64,000 nt of DNA from Marsupella aquatica (taxonomy: Eukaryota > Plantae > Marchantiophyta). The stretch covers positions 27,241,233 through 27,305,232 of the forward strand of contig OZ316892.1 in assembly GCA_973895155.1 (NCBI GenBank). The letters are read 5' to 3'. The notes beneath the pieces are model-generated. The model did not search any database, was not told the DNA's origin, and saw nothing but the letters and a program-made list of their open reading frames with translations. This document shows, piece by piece, positions 1 to 10,607 of this stretch (its first letter is position 1; each line of letters begins with the position of its first letter). A program made the position numbers and the translations under genes.

Positions 1-730
1 GTGGCCCAACTCCCACATTCCTGATGGTCACCTTGTTCGGAGGTTGCATATCCTGAATGAACCTCAAGCTTCCATTCTTCTTTCTCACCGTAAACCATCT
101 GTTCGAGTAGGGAGCATCAGACCTCTCAAGAATCCTAGCACTCAGCTTCTCCTTAAGCAGTTCCGCAAGCTTTGGAGCTAAAGCCCGCGGAACCAAAATC
201 GGTTTCAGATCCCACGGAACATGAGGGATGGTAAAGATGACCATCGGTGTCACCTTACTTGGATCCGCACAACCAATCTCCTCAATCGAAAACGAGAATG
301 CCTTACCATGCTCCATTATCATTTTTTGAAATGCCACTTGCTCCACCTCCGTAAGTAACCCATCCAAACCAACCTTTAGCTTTGCCAAACTCTCTTGAGT
401 AAACTTATGCCCTATCCGATCAGTTGGCCTCAGCCTTGGTTCCAATCTTGCTCGATCCATAACCTCCATCGCATCGTCCGGCAAAGGTATCGCCGCCGGC
501 CTCACCTTCTTGTCAACCGTTTTGTATTTGGTACTCAAGTATACAAGCATGGCCATAGACGAGTACTGCCTTTCCAACTCCTTCTCCAGCTTGTCCATTC
601 CCAAGTTAGACTCTGCACATTTGAGTGGCTCTTCCTCTCCATTATCCATCGTATTTTCCCTTTCACAAGGAGCTAAGGAACGAGCACTCCGCTGATCCAC
701 TCTTTTCAGCAAAGTGCCAAGTCGTTTTCC
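1..730 (-). CDS. pol: pol (reverse transcriptase N-terminus) in the -1 frame relative to gag-PR; runs off the window
   Basis: Manual translation is open from ~730 to 1: ...KYKTVDKKVRPAAIPLP...PMVIFTIPHVPW...ERSDAPYSNRWFTVRKKNGSLRFIQDMQPPNKVTIRNVG. Absent from the ORF track because it has no stop inside the window. Confidence 0.85.
684..730 (-). promoter_or_regulatory. Putative -1 programmed ribosomal frameshift signal (slippery heptamer plus stem-loop)
   Basis: G_GAA_AAC at 730-724 in register with the PR frame, 6-nt spacer, then a 12-bp stem GCACUUUGCUGA/UCAGCGGAGUGC (two G-U pairs) with a 10-nt loop. Confidence 0.75.
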
Positions 731-1482
731 GGACCTGGACCGGAATTGACACTCTCAGTCCTCAACCCTTTCCTATTCCTCTCGTTTCCAGGTAAAACAG
801 CCGGAAATTGAACCACCTCTTTCCCATCTTTGCTCCGAACCTTCACCATGAAGGTAGTATCATCCAGAACCTTTGTCTCCATCCTCCATTCAGTGATGAA
901 CGGCATGCCCAGTATCACCGGAAACGACAAGTGCTCATGAACAAAAATGTTGCAAGCCTGCTTGACATTCCCAAACTTCACCATCACATTTGGACATCCG
1001 CCCCAAAGATAGTCCTTCATTGAACTGACCGAGTTCACACTCCAAAGCAACTCATTGTCCACCGGCCAATTCCCCTTTTGAAACACCTTTGGATCCATCA
1101 AGTTGATCTCCGAGCCAGTATCAATGAGCGCCCGCACCTTGCCTTCCATTCCTTCCAACTGGCACTCGCTCTCCGGACTTGCTCGAGCCCAGTATCCATC
1201 CCGGTAAGCGTAACCGTTTCCCTTCGTTGAGCCCATGACATGAATGGTCCTTGACTCCGCGGTAATGCTTTCTTGTTCTCCCCATTCGGTCGGGTCCCTG
1301 TTTGCCACAGACTCAGTTTCACTTTCAGCTCCCATGAGCTCCTCCTCCGCATCGAAGAACTCAATGTCCAAGTCCATGAGCTCCTCGTCAAGGGACTTGA
1401 CCCCCTTCGGTTTTCCCAAGCCTGACTCTTCGGGGACAGCAAGCTTACTACCTGAACCCATGGACACCCCAGCAGTATAAGT
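706..1482 (-). CDS. Retroviral-type aspartic protease domain, in frame with gag and separated from it by TGA at 1483-1485
   Basis: Catalytic motif ALIDTGSEINLM and C-terminal VILGMPF motif. Confidence 0.85.
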   Translation of the reverse strand, partial: TYTAGVSMGSGSKLAVPEESGLGKPKGVKSLDEELMDLDIEFFDAEEELMGAESETESVANRDPTEWGEQESITAESRTIHVMGSTKGNGYAYRDGYWARASPESECQLEGMEGKVRALIDTGSEINLMDPKVFQKGNWPVDNELLWSVNSVSSMKDYLWGGCPNVMVKFGNVKQACNIFVHEHLSFPVILGMPFITEWRMETKVLDDTTFMVKVRSKDGKEVVQFPAVLPGNERNRKGLRTESVNSGPGPENDLALC

Positions 1483-3132
1483 TCAGAAACTTCCAATTTC
1501 CGTCTCGCCAGCCTCCCCCATCAAGGTGTGAGGGCCCTCCTTGTAAATCCGTTTCCTCTTGGATCTCTCCAAGATCACTTCCTGGATCTCTCGCCTCATA
1601 CTGCCAAAGAACTCGGCGTTGGTAAACCCTTGAGCCTGTTGGCTCCAGAATTTCTCAGCTACGACCTCCGGGTACATGGTCTGGTCCACGTCCCTGCCAA
1701 GCACCCAGCCCGGGTCCTTCCTGATCGGTTTCCCTTTTTCCGGCTCTTTCTCGCTCATTTCCTCTTCTTTGAACCTAACCCTCCTTTCCTTGTCTCGAGT
1801 GTCCCGCCTCTCTCGTTCCCCTGATTGAGATGGAGTGTCATCCTCGTCGGTTTTCTTCCATTTTGACTCGACCGAGGAATCCCAACTAGCCCCAACCTCA
1901 ACCATTATCGCATTGATCAGCACCGGGTCACTCCATTCGGATCTCTCTCGCACCAGATCCGCCAAGCGCTTGTAAAACTTGTCCGTTTCCGTCACGGGGC
2001 CATCCAACTCCACATTGTAAACATTCGCTTCCAGGTGCAAAGAGGACGCCTCTTTGACTCGCTTCCCAGCTCGCTTCTCAGCCAAAGCCTTCATGCCTCC
2101 CTTGTTGGAGTTGAATGGGATCGGCTCTTCAGTATCGGCAAACGATATCTTTTTCTGACCAACTTCACCCATGAACTTGATCAGCTCTTTATCCGCAGCT
2201 TCCCTCAGGTCCAGGCACTCCCGTTTGTCATGCTCTTTGCTGTCGCACCACATGCATGGCCAACTCTGCATCTCTCGCTTCCTCTCGGGAGCACTCGCAA
2301 CCCTTGGTTTCGGGTTCTCGACCACATGTGCCGCCAAGATCTTCAGGTTCTGCATCATTTCTGCGAGATCATCCACCGATGGTTTGATCTCATCCTTCGC
2401 TGGTTCCCGCTTCCCTTTCCTCAATATCGGTTCTGACAGCCTTAGGTCGAGAGTGGTAGCCTCCTTGTCTAGCTCTCGCCGCCGGTGTCGATTGCTCACT
2501 TTCGACACCGCTTTCTCAACTTGGTTCCAGTCGTTAGACAAGGTAACTCTCGAAGGTTCCAGCAGCTCCATCGCGTTCTCAAGCTCTTCTCGAAGGTCCT
2601 CATCGGCTGCCCGCAAGAAGAGCGTCGAGCGCTGCAACTCGATGATTCCCACATCCCGCTTTGGTAACTGAGACACCCTTCTCTTGAACTCCCTTAGGAG
2701 CTCTTGCGGCCCCTTCAGCTTCTTGTTCATGTCATTCACCCAATCCAAGAAGGTAGCCTGCGTGACCCGATCAACATCCTCAGCTTGGAACTCCTCTTTC
2801 ATCTTCTGGTCGAAATCATCCCAGCCCTCAGCTGACTCAACGATGGTTCACACCGTCAAGCTCAACTCCTTCTCAACCAGCACCATGAACTCTTTCACGG
2901 CTGTCCCTTCGTCCAACTTGTAGACAGCTGCCTCTGTCAGGTAAGACTTAAGGTAGCTCGTCACATTTCTCCCATCGAATTGCCCATTCTCCTTCAGAAC
3001 CTCTTGGAGACATCGAGTAGTTCTATTCGCTTCTCTATTTGCCCTTTCCGACTCAAGCTCTTCCTTCCTTATGGTTCTCATCATCGACATGACGATGCTC
3101 GATATTCGATCGACTTCGTCATAGTCACCCAT
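1483..3132 (-). pseudogene. gag: gag (capsid and zinc knuckle) with a premature in-frame TGA at 2848-2850
   Basis: ORFs 2848..3150 and 1483..2802 share a frame and are separated only by one TGA. First ATG at 3132; CX2CX4HX4C knuckle present. Confidence 0.85.
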
Positions 3133-3154
3133 CTCATCCAACCGCCCCAAGGAA

Positions 3155-3172
3155 TCCCCAGTATGGTCGCCA
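3155..3172 (-). other. Primer-binding site TGGCGACCATACTGGGGA (probably tRNA-Arg type)
   Basis: 18 nt starting TGG, 1 nt after the LTR CA end; resembles the TGGCGAC...GGGGA Arg-type PBS of plant non-chromovirus gypsy elements. The tRNA identity is an inference. Confidence 0.75.
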
Positions 3173-3173
3173 A

Positions 3174-3948
3174 TGTCACGTGGACTTTAAGTTAGGGGCT
3201 CCTCGGGCAAACTACACGCTTCTGGCTGCGATCAGGACAGGTGACAAGCAATTTTCGGAGCAAACTCTCACTCCTTTATATTTTTTACTTTTCTCACAAA
3301 GTTTACAATAGGTGCCCTCGAGTAAGCTTGCCCGCAAGAGTCTGGTAGCTGGCCCTACGGCGGGCCGCTACCTCTAACTTATCGGGTAGAACTCCTCGAG
3401 TGACTAACTACTCAAAATCTGACGGAAAAACTATCCTCCTTAGTTCACAAAACCAAAACTCGACTAGCTACTCCACTAGTCTAAAACAGCTCGCACGGAA
3501 CTCGGGCCTAGACCAACGAGGCTCCAGACTCGAGAAACTCCCCGCCTAGATCGAAAACTCCTTGCCTGGATCGAAAACTCACTCAGAACTCCAAAACCGA
3601 CGCACAACAGCCGAGTCCCGTAGAACGGAGCGAAACTCACAGAACGTAATTCAACTGACCTCAATAAACAACCGTCAACCACAATGAGCCAAGGCTCAAG
3701 TCTTAAGTAGCATCAGAAACCCAACCATCCAGCCTGAGCCAGCTGCCATCAGCGAGGCTCATCCAAACTCCAAGCCTAGTGACTCATCCAAACTCCAAAC
3801 CTGGTGACGACGAGTCACCCAATCGCCAAACCGCAATCCATCCAACCAAGCAGCCTCTCCGAGTCAGCATGCATGCAACCCAACCGGGAAGCCTCGTCCA
3901 TCATCCCCTATAAAAGCCATTCTTGAGCCGAAATCATTCGGCACGACA
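3174..3948 (-). repeat. 5' LTR (~775 bp) of the gypsy element
   Basis: On the minus strand it begins TGTCGTG (3948) and ends CGTGACA (3174), giving TGTC...GACA inverted termini, and the PBS follows. The partner LTR lies outside the window. Confidence 0.8.
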
Positions 3949-4392
3949 CTGTGGTGGCAGCTATCGTCCCAAAATCCGCAAATTTAAGGTTGGAAATTAT
4001 GTCTACTTAGAGTGACAGACCTCGATACCTTGGACACCTCCGCAGGTCAGATTATTCTTCGAGTCAAGGAAGTACGGGCGTCTGGAGTGCTTTTGTTGGA
4101 AGGGTCGGATGGTCGTACCATCACTGATCACTTCAAGAATTGTGCCCCATGCCACCTACCTAATCTTGATCCTATTGTAATCACTGCAGACTGGGTTCCA
4201 CCGGTGGATCATCCTTGTCAAATTTGTTGTCGCATTGATGATGCTCATCTTATGTTGCTTTGTGATCACTATAACAACAACTTTCATTTGTTTTGTCTTA
4301 CACCTCCACTGCACAACATTCTAGAAGGTCAGTGGTTTTGTGGTGCCTGCATCAGGCAACATTATCCTACCACCAGTCGACAAAGCCAGTAG
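3949..4392 (+). pseudogene. Integrase C-terminal tail plus PHD finger of an older gypsy-type retrotransposon
   Basis: GGSYRPKIRKFKVGNYVYL, a frameshift, then ILRVKEVRASGVLLLEGSDGRTITDHFKNCAPCHLP and a degenerate PHD finger CQIC..MLLCDHY..FHLFCLTPPL..GQWFCGAC. A polypurine tract GGGGGGAA follows at 4403-4410. Confidence 0.8.
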
Positions 4393-4410
4393 GTCACCAA
4401 CTGGGGGGAA

Positions 4411-5281
4411 GTAGATAGAATGTTTTTTTGTTTCTATTTCTGCATGCCAATAGACAGCTGATAGGATAGCAAGTGTATTCACTAGATAGGTTTGCAGTCA
4501 CGACACAACTGGTATATCGATGCACTCTAGCACGACAGTTGTCATGCAAACCCTTGTCGACGCTTAATCACGTACTCGGGTTCGAGCGATTACCCTAGTT
4601 AGCGATGATCATGATTAATTTAGGGCATTGCCAGATAGACGTAGCGGCTGGTGAGCGACTGGCGCTAGGGTTGCAGCTTGGGATTCAACCCGCCCTGCCG
4701 CCATCAAGGAGACGGCGGTGCCGGATAGGATCATGTAGTCAATTAGGTTAGCTAGCTCATAAGTTAGCCTAATTTGAGATCATTCTATCTTGCACACCAC
4801 TATTTCGTCTCTTATGGTGAGGTCTTAGTGGCTGGGAGAGCTTCTCACAGATTGCCTTATCTGGTGAGGCAACCCATTCCTTGGCACCCAGGGGGTATAC
4901 ATCCTGGGCCTTGCTTCATTCACTTCAGTTCTGAAGTGAATCCGGTTACACTTGCTCATTTCTTGTTAGGCAGAGCTCACTATTCGTACACATTATGATA
5001 GCTGCTTAGCAATTCCACCGATTACAGAGGCGACGATCGGTTTTTCATCATGGGATAGCACTTACATTGCTGTTTCACGGTTTTCCACCCTTTAGTAAAG
5101 CGTACCACACATTCGCTGACTTCGGACTCACTTCGTCTCACGTTTTGTTATTGAGTAGATATGATGTTTTTTTGTTTCTATTTTTGCATATCAGTAGACA
5201 GCTGATAGGATAGCAAGTGTATTTACTAGACAAGTTTGCAGTCACGACACATCTGGTACATTGATGCACTCTAGCACGATA
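4411..5281 (+). repeat. Putative 3' LTR (4540-5281) preceded by a 127-bp copy of its own 3' end (4411-4537)
   Basis: 4411-4537 and 5155-5281 are similar direct repeats ending GCACGACA / GCACGATA. 4540 starts TGTCATGC, a near-inverse complement of GCACGACA. Confidence 0.65.
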
Positions 5282-6542
5282 AATTTATGATGAGTCTGTA
5301 AAATGCAAGTTGAATAGTCTGAAAGAGTCGAAGTAGATAAATTTGCAAATTGTGTACCGTTGTCATCCGACACTCCTCTGTGTGGTAGAGAATTGGTGGT
5401 AGCAAGAGTGGCCAACTGTAGTTGCAGCAAGAGCAGTTGTTGGAGAGCAAGAATTATGGACAATATAATTTCCAATTTCTCATTTGAAGCACCATTGCTT
5501 CTATATAGTGTGAACATATAAAGGCCAGCACAATGGGAAAAACATGTGAATAGTGAGGAGAGAAATTGAGGGTAATAAGTATCTATATAACATGCTCATC
5601 CTGGAACATGCTTTATTTTTTGTCTTGTAGTTATCTGAAAGTAAATAAAATATGAGAGCATAGAAGTGCTGTTATATAAGTAAAGTGTCTGCCAAGAAAA
5701 GCAAGCACAGTGACCAAGAAAAGGTACAGTCAAACGATGCTACGATGTGTGCACTTAACTCAGGGTGCCTTATGAATGACACTCATTTCAATAAAAACCA
5801 TAAACCTAGGAAAGAAAAACATGAGGAGAACTTAAGAGGCTATGCATTCATGTTCTTCAGTATCATTTCTCTCACTCGTGGTGGTGGAGCCTTTGGTTTC
5901 ATCTCTAAGAAAACACATACTGTGAAAGGCACACATACTGTGAAAGGGGGCTGGCTGCCAAAATAAGTTCAAAACACTCTAGAATACCTAAAACTAAAGA
6001 GGTCTAAAAATTAATTAAAAATGTATAGAATACAAAAGCTGCCCCTTGATAAGGCAGATTGAAATGAAAATACATGACACAAAAATCTGAATAAGACAAA
6101 ATCTGAAATGTGCATTCACCATTATAGTCTTCAAAATGAAACCACAGCTTGCATGAATTAGTATCTAAAGTCAGGTGTTATTTCTTAATGTTTTGTGAGC
6201 ATCCATGTGCACTCCTTCAATGAAACAAAAGCTTAGGACATCACTATACTCATCCTTTGTATGTCTGTATATACCTTCAGGTCTACAATACGGCTTTGAA
6301 GCAAAACACTCCAATCCTAACAGAACACTCGAAGCAAAACACTCGAGCAAACACTCGAAGCAGCTGCATTGACATTTGGGCTGGTTCGACTAGTATTGTG
6401 CTTTGCTTGGCTCGAAGGGATTCTGTGAGGATGATGCATTGACATTCGGGCTGGTTGGATTACTAGCGTGCTTCTCTTGGGTCGAAGGGATTCTATGAGG
6501 ACATTGTTCAGAAGTCCTTACGTCACACAACAACGTCCATTA

Positions 6543-6810
6543 CGCAGCGCAATGAAGCGCGATGAAGGCAGCGCAATGGAAGGCAGCGCAATTGAAGGCA
6601 GCGCAATGGAATGAGCGCTGGAAGGATTGCAATGGAAGGAGTGCAATGGAATGCAGCGCAGTGAAGTGCAAGAGAGGTGGAGCATGAAGGCAGCAGCGCG
6701 ATGGCTTCAATCAAGACAGGTCGAGCTTGAAGGCAACAGTGCAAACGAACAAAGCAGCAGCAGTGAGCAAACGGCAGTGAGCAAACGTGAGCAAACGTGA
6801 GCGCAACGAC
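6543..6810 (+). repeat. Degenerate short-unit minisatellite (GCAGCGCAATGGAAG-like, then GTGAGCAAAC units)
   Basis: Repeated gcagcgcaatg(g)aag and gtgagcaaac motifs upstream of the helicase gene. Confidence 0.7.
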
Positions 6811-6960
6811 GATTGTCGAATGTAAACCTGAACTTGGCTGGGATTGCCGCTTGTAATGCGGAACTATGCAGGGGCTGATTGCAGGGACATGTTTTTGTGC
6901 AACAGCTCCCGCATCTTGCCCTGTACAATGCGGTGAACAAGACAAAGGAGTAGGCGCGAC

Positions 6961-7710
6961 TTCGTATGGTGTTAAACCCTAATGGTACTGGCAATTGTGA
7001 ACCATTGAGATAGCCCGGTTTTGTCTGCTGTCTCGTGCGATTTCTCTTTGCGGACGGACGGACGAACTGAATTTTGTTTGGGAGAGTCTTCACTTCGCTC
7101 GGGAATGGGCGACTCCGAATCTGAGTCTGGCAGTAGTCCTCCCTTAGAGGGCACTGTAGAGACGGATCCTGGCTCCACTCCACCAGCAGCAGAAGCTGCT
7201 AAGAAACGTGAAGAAGTAGAGGAGACACCTAACTCTACAGCTGGGACTGAGATTGGTGTTTTGAGAGACGGGTCGCCTACGACGGAAACGACAACTTCAT
7301 CATCACCTCCTGCTGATCGCGAAGACGAATCTAAGGCCCTGGATGCTGTTCCTCCTACTGCTGATCGCAAAGACTTGTCCGAATCGAAGGCCCTTGTTGC
7401 TATTCCTGAAGCTAATGTGACGAAGTCGCCACCGAAGACGCCCCCCAAGAAGCAATGGGCGGATGAAGAGTTTGAAGAGGATCCTGTCGCAGGGCTGACG
7501 TTGGATAAGCTCATAGTGTCACCCGCTGATGAGGCGGACAAACCCGACCTTACCCTCAAGGCTGTTGCTCTAAATGAAGCCTTTGAGGCCCCTGAAACTG
7601 AGATTCGGAAGGTTGGTGATCTCTGAACTTTTTCTCTGAACTTAATTAAGAGGTTGTTGTAGTTAGGTGCAAGCTTTCGTATGGTGTTAAACCCTAATGG
7701 TACTGGCAAT
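6961..7710 (+). promoter_or_regulatory. Exact 35-bp direct repeat containing a telo-box (AAACCCTAA), at 6961-6995 and 7676-7710
   Basis: TTCGTATGGTGTTAAACCCTAATGGTACTGGCAAT occurs upstream of exon 1 and again inside intron 1 of the helicase. Confidence 0.8.
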
Positions 7711-10607
7711 CACACCCGTTTCCACATGTGAGGGAATTCTGGATTGTGAGAAGACAAAACTGAGGGCCCATTATGTAGTTGTAATGGGTCTGCATTCAGA
7801 AGGAATAAGCCATACTGACGTAACTCCGTGATGCAGGTGCTTGCTGGTAATACACCTTACACTTCAGCCAAAAGCTTCGAAGACCTAAACCTCTCAGAAA
7901 GCTTGCTGAGGGGTCTTTACTCAGAGATGAAGTTCGAGAAACCTAGTCGAATTCAGGCTGAAACATTGCCTTTGATTCTGAGAGCGCCCTACGAGAATTT
8001 AATTGCCCAGGCACATAACGGTTCAGGGAAGACAACGTGCTTTGTTCTTGGAATGCTGAGCAGGGTCAATCCGGCCATCAAAGCTCCCCAAGCATTGTGT
8101 GTTTGTCCGACACGTGAATTGGCGGTTCAGGTACCTGTCAAGTCCAACGGACTCTCCGTGTCTATCGTAGCTTTGACACCGTGAGGTTTTGATCATGTCT
8201 CGGTGTATTAGTGTTTTCCCCCGGTGTATTATGAAGGAGAATTTTCCTTGAGCAATATCCGACCTAATTTTGAATATGGATATCTTCCCAGTTTGCTAGA
8301 GGCCTACAATGGGACAACTTCATTAATCTACTTTAGAGTGGACTGTTAATCACAACCCTAGGATATTCAGCGTTGTCTCGAGTTTGGGAACACCAAGTAT
8401 TCAGATTTTTGTGCAGGCAGTACTTAATAGTCGTACATTTGTGTTGTTTTGATGGACAGAATGAAGAAGTGTTATTAAAAATGGGAAAGTATACAGGTAT
8501 TACATCAGCATGCACAGCTGCAGCAGAAACTGCCGGTGTAACTTCGTCAAGGCGAGAAAAAATTGTCGACCAAGTGGTTATTGGAACCCCTGGTACTTTG
8601 AAGCGGTGGATGACAAAGGATAAAATTTTAAGTACAAAGAACATCAATGTGCTAGTGTTCGATGAAGCCGATCATATGTTCGATCAGGTGAACTGACGTG
8701 TTTTGAGCTTGATCAGATGATCGCAGTTAAATTATCTGCACTTTCCGTTCACTTGTCTGAGGCGAGCAATGTGTGAGGCGAATACAATCTCTTATTGTGG
8801 ATCCCCTGTCTTTCAGGATGGCTTCCAAGATGACTCTTTGAGAATTATGAACAACATCAAGCAAAGCAAGGGGGGTGGCAGTTGTCAAGTAAGAACAACC
8901 CTCCTATACTTCTGATTTTAAAGCATATTTTGTAAATGAAGAAACTAGTGAATCAAATTATTGAGTGGGACGGCAATTTTCTGCAAACTTGCACAATAGT
9001 TGTTTGTGGGGCTCAGTCGCCCTTCAGAAAACCTAGACACCCGGCTAAACTCTAAATAACAACTACTTATGTGCATTCACTGAATGGCACCCCGTTCGGG
9101 GCATTGATTTAATTGCACCCATATCTTCCTTGGCAAAGGTGTTGATTTCTCATGTCCTGGTTGCTTGAATGCATATCTGTAATTGCAGTAGCTCTCGCTG
9201 TGGTTGCCGAAGTTCATTTTGCTCCTATGTTTCCTCTATTTTGCAGGTTTTGCTTTTCTCTGCCACTTTTAGCGATAAAGTGAAGGCCTTCGCAGTGAGA
9301 GCGATACCTAAAGCACACAAGATATTTGTTCCAAAAGAGGATCTGTCTCTGGATGTTATCAAACAGTACCGAGTGAGATGCCCAAGTGTTAGTTCTAAGG
9401 TTATGGTCCTTAAGGATAGAATTTTTCCCGCAGCGGAAAAATTGGGACAATCTATTATCTTTGCGCGGACGCGTCTGAGTGCCAGTGACTTGCATAAAAC
9501 GCTGGAGGCCGACGGTTTCAAGTGCACAAGTATCCAAGGTGGTCTCAGTCATGAAGATCGAGATCGTGTGATCAGAGAATTCAGGTCAGGAGAGACCAAA
9601 ATCCTGATCGCAACAGATGTTCTTGCTCGGGGATTTGATCAAGCTCAGGTGAAAGCAGCATTTTGTAAATGGCTGTTAGTGACTTCAATGCTGAATACTG
9701 GTACCTTTGGAGCAAAGACAGTGTACTTTGTCTGACCGTTGATTGAAACTTGCAGGTTACTTTGGTTGTGAACTACGATATCCCAACAAAGTCATCAGAC
9801 GCGTATGAACCAGACTATGAGCTTTATCTGCACAGGATTGGTAGAAGTGGACGATTTGGCCGTAAAGGTAATTTCTTTTTTGATTTGGTCTTCCTAGAGT
9901 CTAGCACTTGCTGCAACTGAGAGTTATCCCTCCACATCCTAGACAGACTAACATCTTACTTTTTTGACTGCAGGCGCTGCATTCAATCTGACAGCCAGTG
10001 ACAAGGATGAAAGGATAGTGGACCTCATTTCTGCGCATTTTAACAAAGAAATTCCAGAGGTTAGCATTCAAATATTCATTGCTTTAAGAACATTGTTGAA
10101 CTATGTGATAGAACTCATTTACAGCTTTAGTTCTATCATTCACCAGTAAGTTCGTACCCGTCGTTTTACTTCAAGCTACAATGTTGGGATGGTGAAAGAG
10201 GTCGCCATGTTGTGGCAATACGGACAGAAAGGGAAAGTTAGAGTAGATGGCTTCTGGTCCGGTGGTTTTGATGGGAGGGAGTTAGCCGGTCGCAAGCGAT
10301 GGCTTCGGTCAACAAGTTTGATGCGATTCTTTATGTGGGATGACCTGAATCGTAGCATTAGAAACCTGGTTAGATCCCTTTCATAGAATCGTTAGTGTAC
10401 TCCGATTGTAGAGGGACTGAGAGTCTGACCGATCCTACAGCTTGGAGATCTGGAGCGCACTATGAGTGGATTGAGTGAAATTCTAACCACCATTCGATTC
10501 AATTATATTGCGTTTACAGAAAATTTGGGTTGGTGATTGTTTTGCAGGTTCCATGGGATGATGATGATGCCTTCGAAACGGTACTGAAGGATGCTGGATT
10601 GGCATAA
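7105..10607 (+). CDS. DBP5: DEAD-box RNA helicase, DBP5/DDX19 (Arabidopsis LOS4/RH38) type mRNA-export helicase; exons 7105-7611, 7837-8130, 8460-8687, 8817-8888, 9247-9648, 9756-9867, 9974-10059, 10548-10607
   Basis: Q motif ([13 protein letters not shown]), [37 protein letters not shown] and [10 protein letters not shown] motifs. All introns are GT-AG with the frame preserved; ends DAGLA-stop. Confidence 0.95.

Larger units (their letters stand above)
1..3948 (-). mobile_element. Ty3/gypsy LTR retrotransposon, 5' half (LTR-PBS-gag-protease-RT); continues beyond the left window edge
   Basis: Minus-strand order is LTR, PBS, gag with CCHC knuckle (CMWCDSKEHDKREC), aspartic protease (ALIDTGSEINL), then the RT N-terminus (YSNRWFTVRKKNGSLRFIQDMQPPNKVTIRN). 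RT directly after PR is the gypsy order. Confidence 0.93.

Noticed and set aside
1483-1485. Programmed stop-codon readthrough between gag and protease
   Set aside because: A second in-frame TGA sits inside gag (2848-2850); both are simply explained as CGA>TGA deamination. No CARYYA readthrough context follows. Comparing family copies would settle it.
6972-7709. 245-aa antisense ORF over DBP5 exon 1 (and similar antisense ORFs over gag, PPO and PV42)
   Set aside because: Shadow ORFs of GC-rich coding sequence with no recognisable motifs.
10150-10500. Intronic snoRNA in DBP5 intron 7
   Set aside because: No canonical C box (RUGAUGA) paired with a D box and terminal stem, and no clear H/ACA architecture.
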